This document shows, one piece after another, positions 39,543 to 49,270 of a stretch of 64,000 nucleotides of DNA. Each line of letters begins with the position of its first letter. The first letter of the stretch is position 1. The translations under genes were made by a program, and so were the position numbers. Source of the stretch: an uncultured delta proteobacterium (GTDB taxonomy: Bacteria; Myxococcota_A; Polyangia; Polyangiales; Houyiibacteriaceae). The stretch is from NCBI GenBank assembly GCA_963716775.1, contig CAVQUI010000005.1, positions 65,127-129,126 of the forward strand, in the 5' to 3' direction. A model generated the notes under the pieces. It made no database searches. It saw only the letters and a program-made list of their open reading frames with translations, and was not told where the DNA came from.

Positions 39543-40334
39543 ATGCCACGTCCCTTCTTCGGCCCCACGACCCCCATCCCATTTGCGCATCGCGGAGGCG
39601 CTAAGCGCTGGCCCGAGAACACGGTGCTGGCATTTCGGAACTCCGCCGAGCTCGGCTACCGGCACATCGAAACGGACCTTCACGAAACCTCGGACGGCCG
39701 CTTCGTGTGTTTCCACGACCCGACCCTCGAGCGAACCACCAACGGCCGCGGCAACCTTCGTGACCACAGCCTTGCCGAGCTCAAACGGCTCGACGTCGGC
39801 TACCAGTTCATCGAGGACGGGAGCTACGCGTTTCGACACGCCGGCCTCGGCATTCCGACCCTGGAAGAGGCCCTCGCCGCCGATCCGACGCTCCGCTACA
39901 ACCTCGAGATCAAGCCGGCAGACCCGACGCTGGCCCGGCGGCTCTGGGAGCTCATCGAACACCATGGCGTTCACGACCGCGTTCTCGTCGCTTCGGCGCA
40001 CGACGAGGTCACCGACGCCTTTCGCAAACATAGCCGGGGCCGAGTCGCCACATCCTCGGGTCGAAAAGGCGCGCTCCGCTTCTGGGCGCTAGCCCGGGCG
40101 GGCCTGTCCAAGCACCTGGTCGTTCCGTTCGACGCCCTGCAGGTCCCGACATCGTTTCGAGGCATGAAGGTGATCACGCCGCGTTTCGTCGAGGCCGCGC
40201 ATCGCCACGGGATTCAAATCCACGTCTGGACGATCGACGACCCCGCAGAGATGGAAGAGCTCGTCGCAGCCGGGGTCGACGGCATCATGACCGACCTCCC
40301 GGACGTCCTTCTCGAGGTCTTGGCCAAGCACTAG
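39543..40334 (+). CDS. Glycerophosphodiester phosphodiesterase
   Basis: Start ATG at 39543. FAHRGG..WPENT, IETDLHETSDG, FHDPTLERTTNG, HVWTIDD. Confidence 0.85.
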   Translation: MPRPFFGPTTPIPFAHRGGAKRWPENTVLAFRNSAELGYRHIETDLHETSDGRFVCFHDPTLERTTNGRGNLRDHSLAELKRLDVGYQFIEDGSYAFRHAGLGIPTLEEALAADPTLRYNLEIKPADPTLARRLWELIEHHGVHDRVLVASAHDEVTDAFRKHSRGRVATSSGRKGALRFWALARAGLSKHLVVPFDALQVPTSFRGMKVITPRFVEAAHRHGIQIHVWTIDDPAEMEELVAAGVDGIMTDLPDVLLEVLAKH

Positions 40335-40372
40335 CTTGTCAGAGCGAGCTGTGCTGTCATGCGAGCAGAGCC

Positions 40373-41299
<927 letters not shown>

Positions 41300-41623
41300 C
41301 GCCGGCGCGGGTGGCGATGTGCGGCTTGTGCTGCCGCGGGTGCGGTGGGAGCGGGTGTTGGGTTGGGTGCCGGGTATGGTTTGATTACACCGCCCCGTCC
41401 ACCCCCACCCGTAGTTCTGGTATCACTCTCACGCGAGTGAGCAGCGTGCCTGGCGCGGCAGTCGCTTCGCTCTGCCTTGCCGGCGCCCTTGGCGCCGGGC
41501 TTCGCCCTTCGGGCTCGCGGGGGGGCTGCTGTCTTGGGGGCGGCGTGGGGGACTTCTCTTGATGGCACCGTACGGATGTACGCGGTTCAAATGTATCCGT
41601 ATGGAGGGGCTTGCTCGCCGACC

Positions 41624-42025
41624 CTACTCGCTTCTTCCGCTAAGCGTCCGGATATGTTTCACCAGCTCCGCAATCTGCTCCGGCGTCAGCAGCTCTCCGA
41701 ACGCCGGCATCAAAGGCGGATTGCCGCCTGCGATCGTTCGCGCAATCCGCGCGTCGTCGATGCCGTCCTGCCAGGCAGTGTTCGCGAAGCTCAGCTTGAC
41801 CTGGGGGCCGCCGCGGCCGTCGGTGCCGTGGCAACGTGCGCAGTTGCGTTGCCACAGAAGCTCGCCGACGGTGAGGTCGGGGCGGTCCTGTTGCGGGACG
41901 CGGTTGCGATCGATCTGATTGTCCGGAGCGTGCGCGTGGTCCGCGGGGGTCCAGACGCGAAGGTTCTCCGGTTCGCTCGAACAGGCCGCCACAAACAGGC
42001 AGCCCACTATGATCCTGATCAACAC
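41624..42025 (-). CDS. Lipoprotein mono-heme c-type cytochrome
   Basis: MLIRIIVGCLFVAACSS carries a lipobox. Heme motif CARCHG is present, with a distal PLMPAF Met. Confidence 0.75.
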   Translation of the reverse strand: MLIRIIVGCLFVAACSSEPENLRVWTPADHAHAPDNQIDRNRVPQQDRPDLTVGELLWQRNCARCHGTDGRGGPQVKLSFANTAWQDGIDDARIARTIAGGNPPLMPAFGELLTPEQIAELVKHIRTLSGRSE

Positions 42026-42040
42026 CGCACCCCCTGTAGC

Positions 42041-43114
42041 CTATCCGCCGATGAGGCTCATCCCGACGCGTTCGTGCTCGTGCTCTTCGGGCTCGAGGAA
42101 GTGATGGCCTCGGTCTTTTCCGGACAGTGACCAGACCATCGCCCAGGCGAGATCGAGGTCGCTTCCGCCTGCCCGCATGATGTTTCGCAGGCTAATTGCA
42201 CGACGGGAGGCCAGGCAGGCACGGACGTCGCCTCGAGCCGTGACCCGGACCCGATTGCAGGTATCGCAGAACTCATTGCTGATGGGCGTGATGAAGCCGA
42301 CCCGCTGCCCGGAGCCGTCGGAGGCGGCCATGTAACGCGCCGGTCCTTGCCCTTCGACCCCAGCGGGGTTCTCGCGAGACACACTATCTCCGAGGATCTC
42401 GAGCACATCGGCAGCGTTCATCCTCATGCTTTGCGGCAGCTTCGCGCCCTCCCCGAGGGGCATCAGCTCGATGAAACGGGGCGTCACCCCGAGCGACCAG
42501 GCGAAGTCGACGATGCGTTGGAGCTCGTCGTCATTGCGGCCCCGCAGCGGCACCGTATTGAGCTTCACGTCGAGGCCGACGTCGATCGCGGCATGAATCC
42601 CAGCCAAAACGCGGCCCAGATCCCCACCGCGCGTGAGCTCTGCAAACCTGTCCGCCTCCAGCGTGTCTATCGACACATTCACCCCGGAGAGCCCCGCGTC
42701 GCGCAGCGGCCTCGCCAGCTCGGACAGGCGCGTCGCATTGGTGGTCATCACGAGCTGCTCGACCTCCGTGCGCCGATGCACGAGCTCGACGAGCCGAACG
42801 ATATCCTTGCGCACCAGCGGCTCACCACCGGTGAACCGCACGCGCCGAATGCCGGCCAAGGCAAAGACAGAAACCAGCCGCGCAGCTTCTTCGAACGTCA
42901 GCAGGTCGCGCCGGATCGCATGCTCGTCCTCCCCGCTCGGCGGCATGCAGTAGACACATGCAAGATCGCAGCGATCGGTCACGCTCAGCCGGAGATACGT
43001 ATATCGGCGCCCACGCGCATCACGCAGAAGCGGGATCGAGTCGAAATCGTCGGGTCGCGCGGGCCAGTCTTCGTAAACAGCCGACCGGCTCTGCATCAGG
43101 GGAAGGCGGCGCAC
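42041..43114 (-). CDS. moaA: GTP 3',8-cyclase (molybdenum cofactor biosynthesis protein A)
   Basis: YLRLSVTDRCDLACVYCMP carries CX3CX2C, followed by FTGGEPL. The C-terminal second cluster is CDTCNRVRVTARG. The start could be 43114 or ATG 43096. Confidence 0.85.
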   Translation of the reverse strand: MRRLPLMQSRSAVYEDWPARPDDFDSIPLLRDARGRRYTYLRLSVTDRCDLACVYCMPPSGEDEHAIRRDLLTFEEAARLVSVFALAGIRRVRFTGGEPLVRKDIVRLVELVHRRTEVEQLVMTTNATRLSELARPLRDAGLSGVNVSIDTLEADRFAELTRGGDLGRVLAGIHAAIDVGLDVKLNTVPLRGRNDDELQRIVDFAWSLGVTPRFIELMPLGEGAKLPQSMRMNAADVLEILGDSVSRENPAGVEGQGPARYMAASDGSGQRVGFITPISNEFCDTCNRVRVTARGDVRACLASRRAISLRNIMRAGGSDLDLAWAMVWSLSGKDRGHHFLEPEEHEHERVGMSLIGG

Positions 43115-43236
43115 CGGCAGAGTCTAGAGGCGGGCGACAGTCGGTCAACGCCCGCGTGCTCGCTTGACATCACCTGAGCAGGGAATCAGGCTCACGCCTT
43201 CCACTGAATCACGATTCATTTTCAGGAGCTCAGCGC

Positions 43237-44529
43237 ATGGAATCGAATGAAAAGCGTGTAGCGGTCGTCGCGGGCCTGCGGACGCCGTTCGCAAAACAAC
43301 TATCGGCATTTCGAGAGCTCAGCGCGCTCGATCTCGCCAACATCGTCGTCTCCGAGCTCCTGCAGCGGGTTGACCTCGATCCCAATGAAATCCAGCAGGT
43401 GGTTTACGGACAGGTGGCTCCCTCGTTGCAAGCGCCGAACATCGCCCGCGAGATCGTGCTGGCGACAGGCATGCCCAAGAGCATCGAGGCCTACAGTGTT
43501 TCGAGGGCCTGCGCGACGAGCTACCAGTCGACGGTGAACATCGCCGAATCGATCATGGCTGGCGCGATCGACACGGGAATCGCCGGCGGCGCCGACAGCG
43601 CGAGCGTCCTTCCGATCAGCGTGTCGAAACGGCTCGCCGAAGCGCTCGTTGCGGCAACCAAGGCGCGGAGCATCGGAGAGCGCGCGCAGCTCTTTGCAGG
43701 TCTGCGTCCCCGCGACCTGGTCCCGGTGCCCCCGGCGATCGCGGAGTTCTCGACGGGGCTTTCGATGGGCGAGAGCGCCGAGAAGATGGCGAAGGAAAAC
43801 CACATCAGCCGTGAAGCCCAAGACGAGTTCGCACACCGGAGCCACACACTGGCCGCCAAGGCCTGGGCCGAGGGCAAGTTCGATGACGAGGTGATGGAAG
43901 TCTTCGTTCCGAATCGTTTCAAGGAGTCGATCCGCGAGGACAACCTGATTCGCAAAGAGAGCCAGCTCGAGGGTTACGCGAAGCTCAAGCCAGCCTTCGA
44001 CCGCACACACGGCACCGTCACCGCGGGCAACAGCTCCCCGCTCACCGATGGTGCAAGCGCGCTGCTTCTCATGCGAGAGGACAAGGCCAGGGCACACGGA
44101 TTCGATGTGCTCGGCTTCATTCGAAGCTACGCATTCGCCGCGCTCGACCCGGCCGGGCAGCTTCTCATGGGCCCCTCGTACGCGTCGCCACTGGCTCTCG
44201 ATCGGGCGGGCGTGAAGGTCTCGGACCTCGATCTCATCGACATGCACGAGGCATTTGCAGCACAGATTCTGTCGAACACCCAGGCCTTCGAGTCCGCAGA
44301 ATGGGCCCAAAAGAACCTCGGACGCTCCGAGAAGATCGGCGACATCGACTGGGACAAGTTCAACGTAACCGGCGGATCGCTCTCTATCGGCCATCCGTTC
44401 GCGGCGACGGGAGCACGTCAAATCACACAGACCCTTCGCGAGCTCAAGCGGCGCGGCGGTAATCTGGCCCTTTGCACTGCCTGCGCTGCGGGTGGCTTGG
44501 GCGCAGCCATGGTTTTGGAGGCAGAGTAA
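43237..44529 (+). CDS. fadI: 3-ketoacyl-CoA thiolase, FadI type
   Basis: Collinear with E. coli FadI by eye: [60 protein letters not shown]. Confidence 0.9.
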   Translation: MESNEKRVAVVAGLRTPFAKQLSAFRELSALDLANIVVSELLQRVDLDPNEIQQVVYGQVAPSLQAPNIAREIVLATGMPKSIEAYSVSRACATSYQSTVNIAESIMAGAIDTGIAGGADSASVLPISVSKRLAEALVAATKARSIGERAQLFAGLRPRDLVPVPPAIAEFSTGLSMGESAEKMAKENHISREAQDEFAHRSHTLAAKAWAEGKFDDEVMEVFVPNRFKESIREDNLIRKESQLEGYAKLKPAFDRTHGTVTAGNSSPLTDGASALLLMREDKARAHGFDVLGFIRSYAFAALDPAGQLLMGPSYASPLALDRAGVKVSDLDLIDMHEAFAAQILSNTQAFESAEWAQKNLGRSEKIGDIDWDKFNVTGGSLSIGHPFAATGARQITQTLRELKRRGGNLALCTACAAGGLGAAMVLEAE

Positions 44530-46748
44530 TGGCGAACGAAGGACTCAGTATTGAGAAGCGCGGCGACGGCGTAGCCATTGTTCGCATGGACATCCCAGGC
44601 GAGCCGATGAACACGCTCAAGAGCGATTTCGTCGACACGTTCATGGACGCCTTCAGCTCGATTGAGAACGACGCCGACATCAAGGCCGTCGTCTTCACCT
44701 CCGGCAAGAAAGACAGCTTCATCGCCGGCGCCGATATCACGATGCTCGAATCCGTGAGCACGGCGGAAGAGGGCGAGCAGATTTCCCGCGAAGGCCACAA
44801 GGCCATGAATCGCATCGAGGCTTGCCCGAAGCCGGTCGTTGCGGCCATTCACGGCGTCGCGCTCGGTGGCGGCCTCGAAGTCGCCCTCGCCTGCCACGCG
44901 CGCGTAGCGACCGACAGCAAGAAGACCAAGCTCGGACTTCCCGAAGCGCAGTTGGGCCTACTGCCCGGCGCAGGCGGCACACAGCGGCTGCCCCGACTGA
45001 TCGGCGTTCAGTCCGCTCTCGACATGATGCTCACGGGCAAGCAAGTCGACGCTAAGAAGGCGCTGAAGCTCGGCCTGGTCGACGATGTCGTTCCTCCCTC
45101 GATTCTTCTCGAGACCGCGGTGGAGCTTGCGCTTTCGCGCGTCGGCTACGTGCCGCCAAAGGACAGCTTCATCGAGCAGCTTCGCGACAAAGAGGCCGTG
45201 ACCGAGTTCGCGCTCTCGAAAAATCCACTCGGCCGAAAGATCCTCTTCGATCAGGCGCGCAAACAGCTGCACAAGCAGACGCGCGGCAACTACCCGGCAC
45301 AGGATCTGATCATCGACATCGTCAAGACCGGTCTCGAAGACGGCTTCGAAGCGGGCCTGGCCGCCGAGGCAAAAGGCTTCGGCCGACTGCTCACCACGCC
45401 CGAGGCGGCCAACCTCATGAGCATCTTCTTCGCAACGACTGCGTTGAAGAAGGACTCGGGTGTCGACGATCCCGACGTGAAGCCCCGTGAGGTCAAGAAG
45501 GTCGGCATGCTGGGCGCGGGGCTCATGGGCGCGGGCATCGCCTACGTCACGAGCTCGGTCGCCAAGATCCCGGTGCGTCTCAAGGACCGAGACGCCGACG
45601 GCGTGATGGCCGGTCTTCGCTACATCCGCGGCATCATCGACGGCCGCGTGAAGCGCAGGCGCCTGACCGACCGGCAGGCAGACGCGCTGATGCTGCAGAC
45701 GACGGGCACCACCAGCTACCAGGGCTTCCAAGACATCGACGTGGTGATCGAGGCGGTGTTCGAAGACCTCTCCCTCAAGGAGAAGATGGTCCGGGACGTC
45801 GAGGAGGCGGGCCGCAATGACGTGATTTTCGCGTCAAATACGTCCTCGCTGCCGATTACGCAGATCGCGGCAGCCAGCAAGCACCCCGAGACTGTGATCG
45901 GCATGCACTACTTCTCGCCGGTGCACAAAATGCCGCTGCTCGAGATCATCGTCACCGACCAAACCGCCGACTGGGTCACCGCGACCTGCGTGGACCTCGG
46001 CAAAAAGCAGGGCAAGCACGTCATCGTCGTCAAGGACGGCGTCGGTTTCTACACGAGCCGAGTGCTCGCGCCGATGATGAACGAGGCCGCGCACCTGGTC
46101 GCCGAAGGGGTACCGATCGAGACGATCGACACCGCCATGCTCAACTGGGGCTTCCCTGTCGGACCGATCAAGCTCACCGACGAGGTCGGCATCGATGTGG
46201 GCGCCAAGGTCGGCAAGATCATGCTCGAGGCGTTCGGCGAACGCATGAGCGCGCCTGAGGGCATGAAGAAGCTGATGGACGACGAGCGCTACGGTCGCAA
46301 GAACGGCCGAGGCTTCTACCTCTACGGCGACAAGAAGAAGGGCGTCGACGAGTCGGTCTACGAAGTCCTCGGCGTGACCCCCAACAACAAGAGCATCTCG
46401 AGCGAAGACATCGCCTGGCGCTGCGCCCTGCAGTTCGTCAACGAGGCCTGTCGATGCTTCGGCGAGGGCATTCTCCGAAGCGCCCGTGATGGCGACATCG
46501 GGGCGGTGTTCGGTCTCGGCTTCCCGCCGTTCCGCGGCGGTCCTTTCCGATTCGTCGACCAGGTCGGAGCCAAGGAAGTCCTCGGACGCCTGCGAGAGCT
46601 CGAGAAGCAGCTCGGTCCCCGGTTCTCGCCGGCGCCGGTCCTCGAAGAAATCGCCCGGAGCGGCCAGACCTTCCACGGCTCGGACCGGGTTCAGCCCGGC
46701 CAATCACGCGGAAACCACAACCACGGCGGCACTAGGGCGACCGTCTAG
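44529..46748 (+). CDS. fadJ: Fatty-acid oxidation complex alpha subunit (enoyl-CoA hydratase/3-hydroxyacyl-CoA dehydrogenase), FadJ type
   Basis: The ATG at 44529 overlaps the fadI stop (TAATG). IVRMDIPGEPMNTLKSDF, LGLPEAQLGLLPGAGGTQRLPRLIG, GAGLMGAGIAYV, FFSPVHKMPLLEII, DGDIGAVFGLGFPPFRGGPF. Confidence 0.9.
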   Translation: MANEGLSIEKRGDGVAIVRMDIPGEPMNTLKSDFVDTFMDAFSSIENDADIKAVVFTSGKKDSFIAGADITMLESVSTAEEGEQISREGHKAMNRIEACPKPVVAAIHGVALGGGLEVALACHARVATDSKKTKLGLPEAQLGLLPGAGGTQRLPRLIGVQSALDMMLTGKQVDAKKALKLGLVDDVVPPSILLETAVELALSRVGYVPPKDSFIEQLRDKEAVTEFALSKNPLGRKILFDQARKQLHKQTRGNYPAQDLIIDIVKTGLEDGFEAGLAAEAKGFGRLLTTPEAANLMSIFFATTALKKDSGVDDPDVKPREVKKVGMLGAGLMGAGIAYVTSSVAKIPVRLKDRDADGVMAGLRYIRGIIDGRVKRRRLTDRQADALMLQTTGTTSYQGFQDIDVVIEAVFEDLSLKEKMVRDVEEAGRNDVIFASNTSSLPITQIAAASKHPETVIGMHYFSPVHKMPLLEIIVTDQTADWVTATCVDLGKKQGKHVIVVKDGVGFYTSRVLAPMMNEAAHLVAEGVPIETIDTAMLNWGFPVGPIKLTDEVGIDVGAKVGKIMLEAFGERMSAPEGMKKLMDDERYGRKNGRGFYLYGDKKKGVDESVYEVLGVTPNNKSISSEDIAWRCALQFVNEACRCFGEGILRSARDGDIGAVFGLGFPPFRGGPFRFVDQVGAKEVLGRLRELEKQLGPRFSPAPVLEEIARSGQTFHGSDRVQPGQSRGNHNHGGTRATV

Positions 46749-46915
46749 TTCCGCGTTTTTCGGGGGCAATCGCATGATTCGCGAATAGGTCGCGACCTCG
46801 ATTGCGCCCGGGCCCCGACCTCCCTATGATGGGTTTCGGTTGGGGGGGCCGGAACAATGAACGAGCGCAAGGCGTTGTTCGATTGTCTCCGCCAAGAACC
46901 GACCGGGCACCGAAG

Positions 46916-47356
46916 ATGACCAGCGAATCACACGCACAGAAGCTGCAAAGCGCAGCAAGAACAATTGCCGAAAGCCGACCCCGGCATCGAAGCGTGCTGC
47001 TCGTCGAAAGCGACCCGGATCTGCAGTGGAGACTGGCCCGAATGCTGACGGTCGACGGCAATCGCGTCGTCGGTACGAGCTCCGGCGATGGCGCCCTGAC
47101 CGTCATCGAGCAATGGGACGCGGAGCTGGCCCTGGTGGCGTCGAGTTTGCCCGGTGCAAGCGGGATCGAGGTCGCTCGACGTCTCCGTGAGCGAAACCCC
47201 GACCTATTGGTCATTTTGATGGAGGAAGAGGCAGCGGACCCAGTCCCGACGGAGCGCTCGACCGATGTGAGCGCCTATCTCGTCAAGCCCTTCCGCTTCG
47301 AAGCTTTGCGCGCTCTCATCGAGTCGCTCCAACTTACACCGGCCCCCGCGGAGTAG
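46916..47356 (+). CDS. Single-domain response-regulator receiver with degenerate phospho-acceptor pocket (pseudo-receiver)
   Basis: CheY-like fold pattern SVLLVESDPD...ELALVASSLPGASG...YLVKPF. The phospho-Asp position is Ala, D13-equivalent is Ser and T87-equivalent is Met. The conserved Lys (VKPF) is retained. Confidence 0.7.
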   Translation: MTSESHAQKLQSAARTIAESRPRHRSVLLVESDPDLQWRLARMLTVDGNRVVGTSSGDGALTVIEQWDAELALVASSLPGASGIEVARRLRERNPDLLVILMEEEAADPVPTERSTDVSAYLVKPFRFEALRALIESLQLTPAPAE

Positions 47357-47376
47357 CCCTGTTAGGCTTCTTAGGT

Positions 47377-49263
47377 GTGAGGCGACTGCTCTCCGGATTC
47401 TGTTTCGCCGTGAGCGCGTCGCTCGTATTGGGCTCGTTGGCCTGGGGGGGCGTGAACGCCCAGTCCGCGCCCGGCTTCATCCACGTCGACGAGATTCGAC
47501 CGGGCATGAAGGGCTATGGCCTTTCGGTCTTTCGGGGCAGCGAGCCGGAGCGCTTTGATGTCGAGGTCATCGACGTCCTTCACCAGTTCCGGCCCAATCA
47601 GGATCTGATCATCATCCGGACACCGCACCCGCTCCTCGACCGGGCTCGTGGCGTAGCCGGCATGAGTGGGAGCCCGATCTACCTCGACGGCCGCCTAGCA
47701 GGCGCCTACGCCTACGGCTGGAGCTACGGCATCGACCCGGTGGTTGGGGTGACGCCCATCGCCAACATGCTCGCCGAGCTCAAGCGCCCTGTTCGACTGG
47801 AGATGTTCCCAGGCGCCAAGCCGCTGCGGCGTCGGCCGAGCGCCAAGTCGACGCCGCAGCGGCTCCCCAAAGAGCGACTCGCCGGCCTGCCTCCTTTCCG
47901 CGGGGAGCACGAGGTGGACGCGCTTTCGACCATCCGCGCCCTCAAGGAGAAGAGCGCGCTCACGCAGGCGCCACTCGGTCTTCATCGCGCGAGCACCCCC
48001 ATCATGCTCGGTGGTCTACACGACTCCGTCGCCCACATGCTCGCGAAGGAGCTCGAACCTCTCGGCTTCGTAGCGACACAGGCGAGCGTCGGCGGAAGCT
48101 CCAATGGCGGTCCAAAACACTTCGAGCCAGGGGGAGCGGTGGCGGTACAGCTCGCTCGCGGCGACATCGCGATTACCGGCGTGGGAACGGTGACCTACGT
48201 GGACCAAGGGGGGCGAGTTCTCGCCTTTGGGCACCCGATGATGGACGCAGGCGCGACCGGTCTTCCGACGGCGACAGCGCGGGTCGTGCACGTACTGGTG
48301 AGCCAGTCCCGCTCCTTCAAGATTGCAGAATCGGCCCACTCTCTTGGAGCCCTGGTTCAGGATCGACAGCCAGCCATCGTCGTCGACCCAGACATCGAAG
48401 CGGCGCGCATTCCGATTCGGGTGAAAGTGAACGGGGTCGAAGGCGCCCCGAAGACCGAGTGGAACGTCGAGGTCGCGAGCCACCGTATCATCACCCCGAC
48501 CATCGTGTTCACCGTGATCGCCAACGCGATTAAATCGACCGCCGGCGACGCGACCGACGTGATCTTTCGGGCAAAGAGCAAGATCGGCATCGAAGGGCAC
48601 GGCGTCATATCGCTCGACGAACAAGGCTTCTCTCCGACGGGCGCGGCCAGCGGGGCTGTCTTCTCCCAGCTCCGAATGTTCGGTTTGATGGAGGCGGCAT
48701 TCGCCAACGCCTACGAGACCTCTCGTGTCACCTCGATCGACCTTGAGCTCGACCTCGAGATGAGCCGCGAGGTCTTCCAAATCTCCGATGCCTCCGTGGC
48801 ATACGACGAGGTAGACCCAGGCGAAGAAGTGACGATCTACGTTCGGCTCCGCCGCGTCGATCAGCCCGACGCGATTCGCGCGCTGAAGGTTCGCGTTCCC
48901 GAAGCGGCGGCCGGTCAGACCGTTCGTGTCGCGGTGATTCCAGGCAACAACGTGGCCGTCGAACAGCCGAAGGCGCGCTCCCTCGCCGACCTGATCGAAC
49001 GGGCGAACCGCCGCTATCCGGCGACCTCCATGGTCGTCGCGCTTCAGATGCCAACACGCGGCCTTCGTTTCGAGGGCCACGTGGTCGATTCACTTCCGGC
49101 CTCGGCGCTCAACTCGCTTCAACTGGTCAGCAGCACGGAAAACAGCAAGCCTTTCGTCACGCAATCCCGCACGGAAATTCAGATGCAACAGGTGGTCATC
49201 GGCGGCGCCAACCTCGTGCTCCGCGTCCGCGACGTCGCGCGTGACCAGCTTCTCGGTGAGTAA
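47377..49263 (+). CDS. Secreted S55 (SpoIVB-type) serine peptidase domain protein
   Basis: GTG start 20 nt after the receiver gene. Signal peptide present. The N-terminal stretch IRPGMKGYGLSVFRGSEPERFDVEVIDVL...IIIRT..GVAGMSGSPIYLDGRLAGAYAYGW..DPVVGVTPI is typical of S55 domain proteins. Confidence 0.65.
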   Translation: MRRLLSGFCFAVSASLVLGSLAWGGVNAQSAPGFIHVDEIRPGMKGYGLSVFRGSEPERFDVEVIDVLHQFRPNQDLIIIRTPHPLLDRARGVAGMSGSPIYLDGRLAGAYAYGWSYGIDPVVGVTPIANMLAELKRPVRLEMFPGAKPLRRRPSAKSTPQRLPKERLAGLPPFRGEHEVDALSTIRALKEKSALTQAPLGLHRASTPIMLGGLHDSVAHMLAKELEPLGFVATQASVGGSSNGGPKHFEPGGAVAVQLARGDIAITGVGTVTYVDQGGRVLAFGHPMMDAGATGLPTATARVVHVLVSQSRSFKIAESAHSLGALVQDRQPAIVVDPDIEAARIPIRVKVNGVEGAPKTEWNVEVASHRIITPTIVFTVIANAIKSTAGDATDVIFRAKSKIGIEGHGVISLDEQGFSPTGAASGAVFSQLRMFGLMEAAFANAYETSRVTSIDLELDLEMSREVFQISDASVAYDEVDPGEEVTIYVRLRRVDQPDAIRALKVRVPEAAAGQTVRVAVIPGNNVAVEQPKARSLADLIERANRRYPATSMVVALQMPTRGLRFEGHVVDSLPASALNSLQLVSSTENSKPFVTQSRTEIQMQQVVIGGANLVLRVRDVARDQLLGE

Positions 49264-49270
49264 CGAAACG

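Noticed and set aside
41584-41592. GGTTCAAAT (T-loop-like) inside the 41300-41623 spacer as a hint of a tRNA or tmRNA.
   Set aside because: The flanks do not form a T stem, acceptor stem or anticodon arm. The motif lies in the loop of a simple hairpin.
43115-43236. A possible Moco riboswitch upstream of moaA (minus strand), or a FadR-type operator upstream of fadI.
   Set aside because: I could see only short hairpins (for example tgagc...gctca). I could not recognise the conserved Moco-motif core by eye, and there is no convincing symmetric operator. An Infernal scan would be needed.
46749-46915. A small ORF, MNERKALFDCLRQEPTGHRR (~46858-46920), upstream of the receiver gene, or a longer receiver start at 46802.
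   Set aside because: The ORF is very short and overlaps the receiver start. I could not support it by composition or motif. The 46802 extension (MRPGPDLPMMGFGWGG..) looks non-coding.
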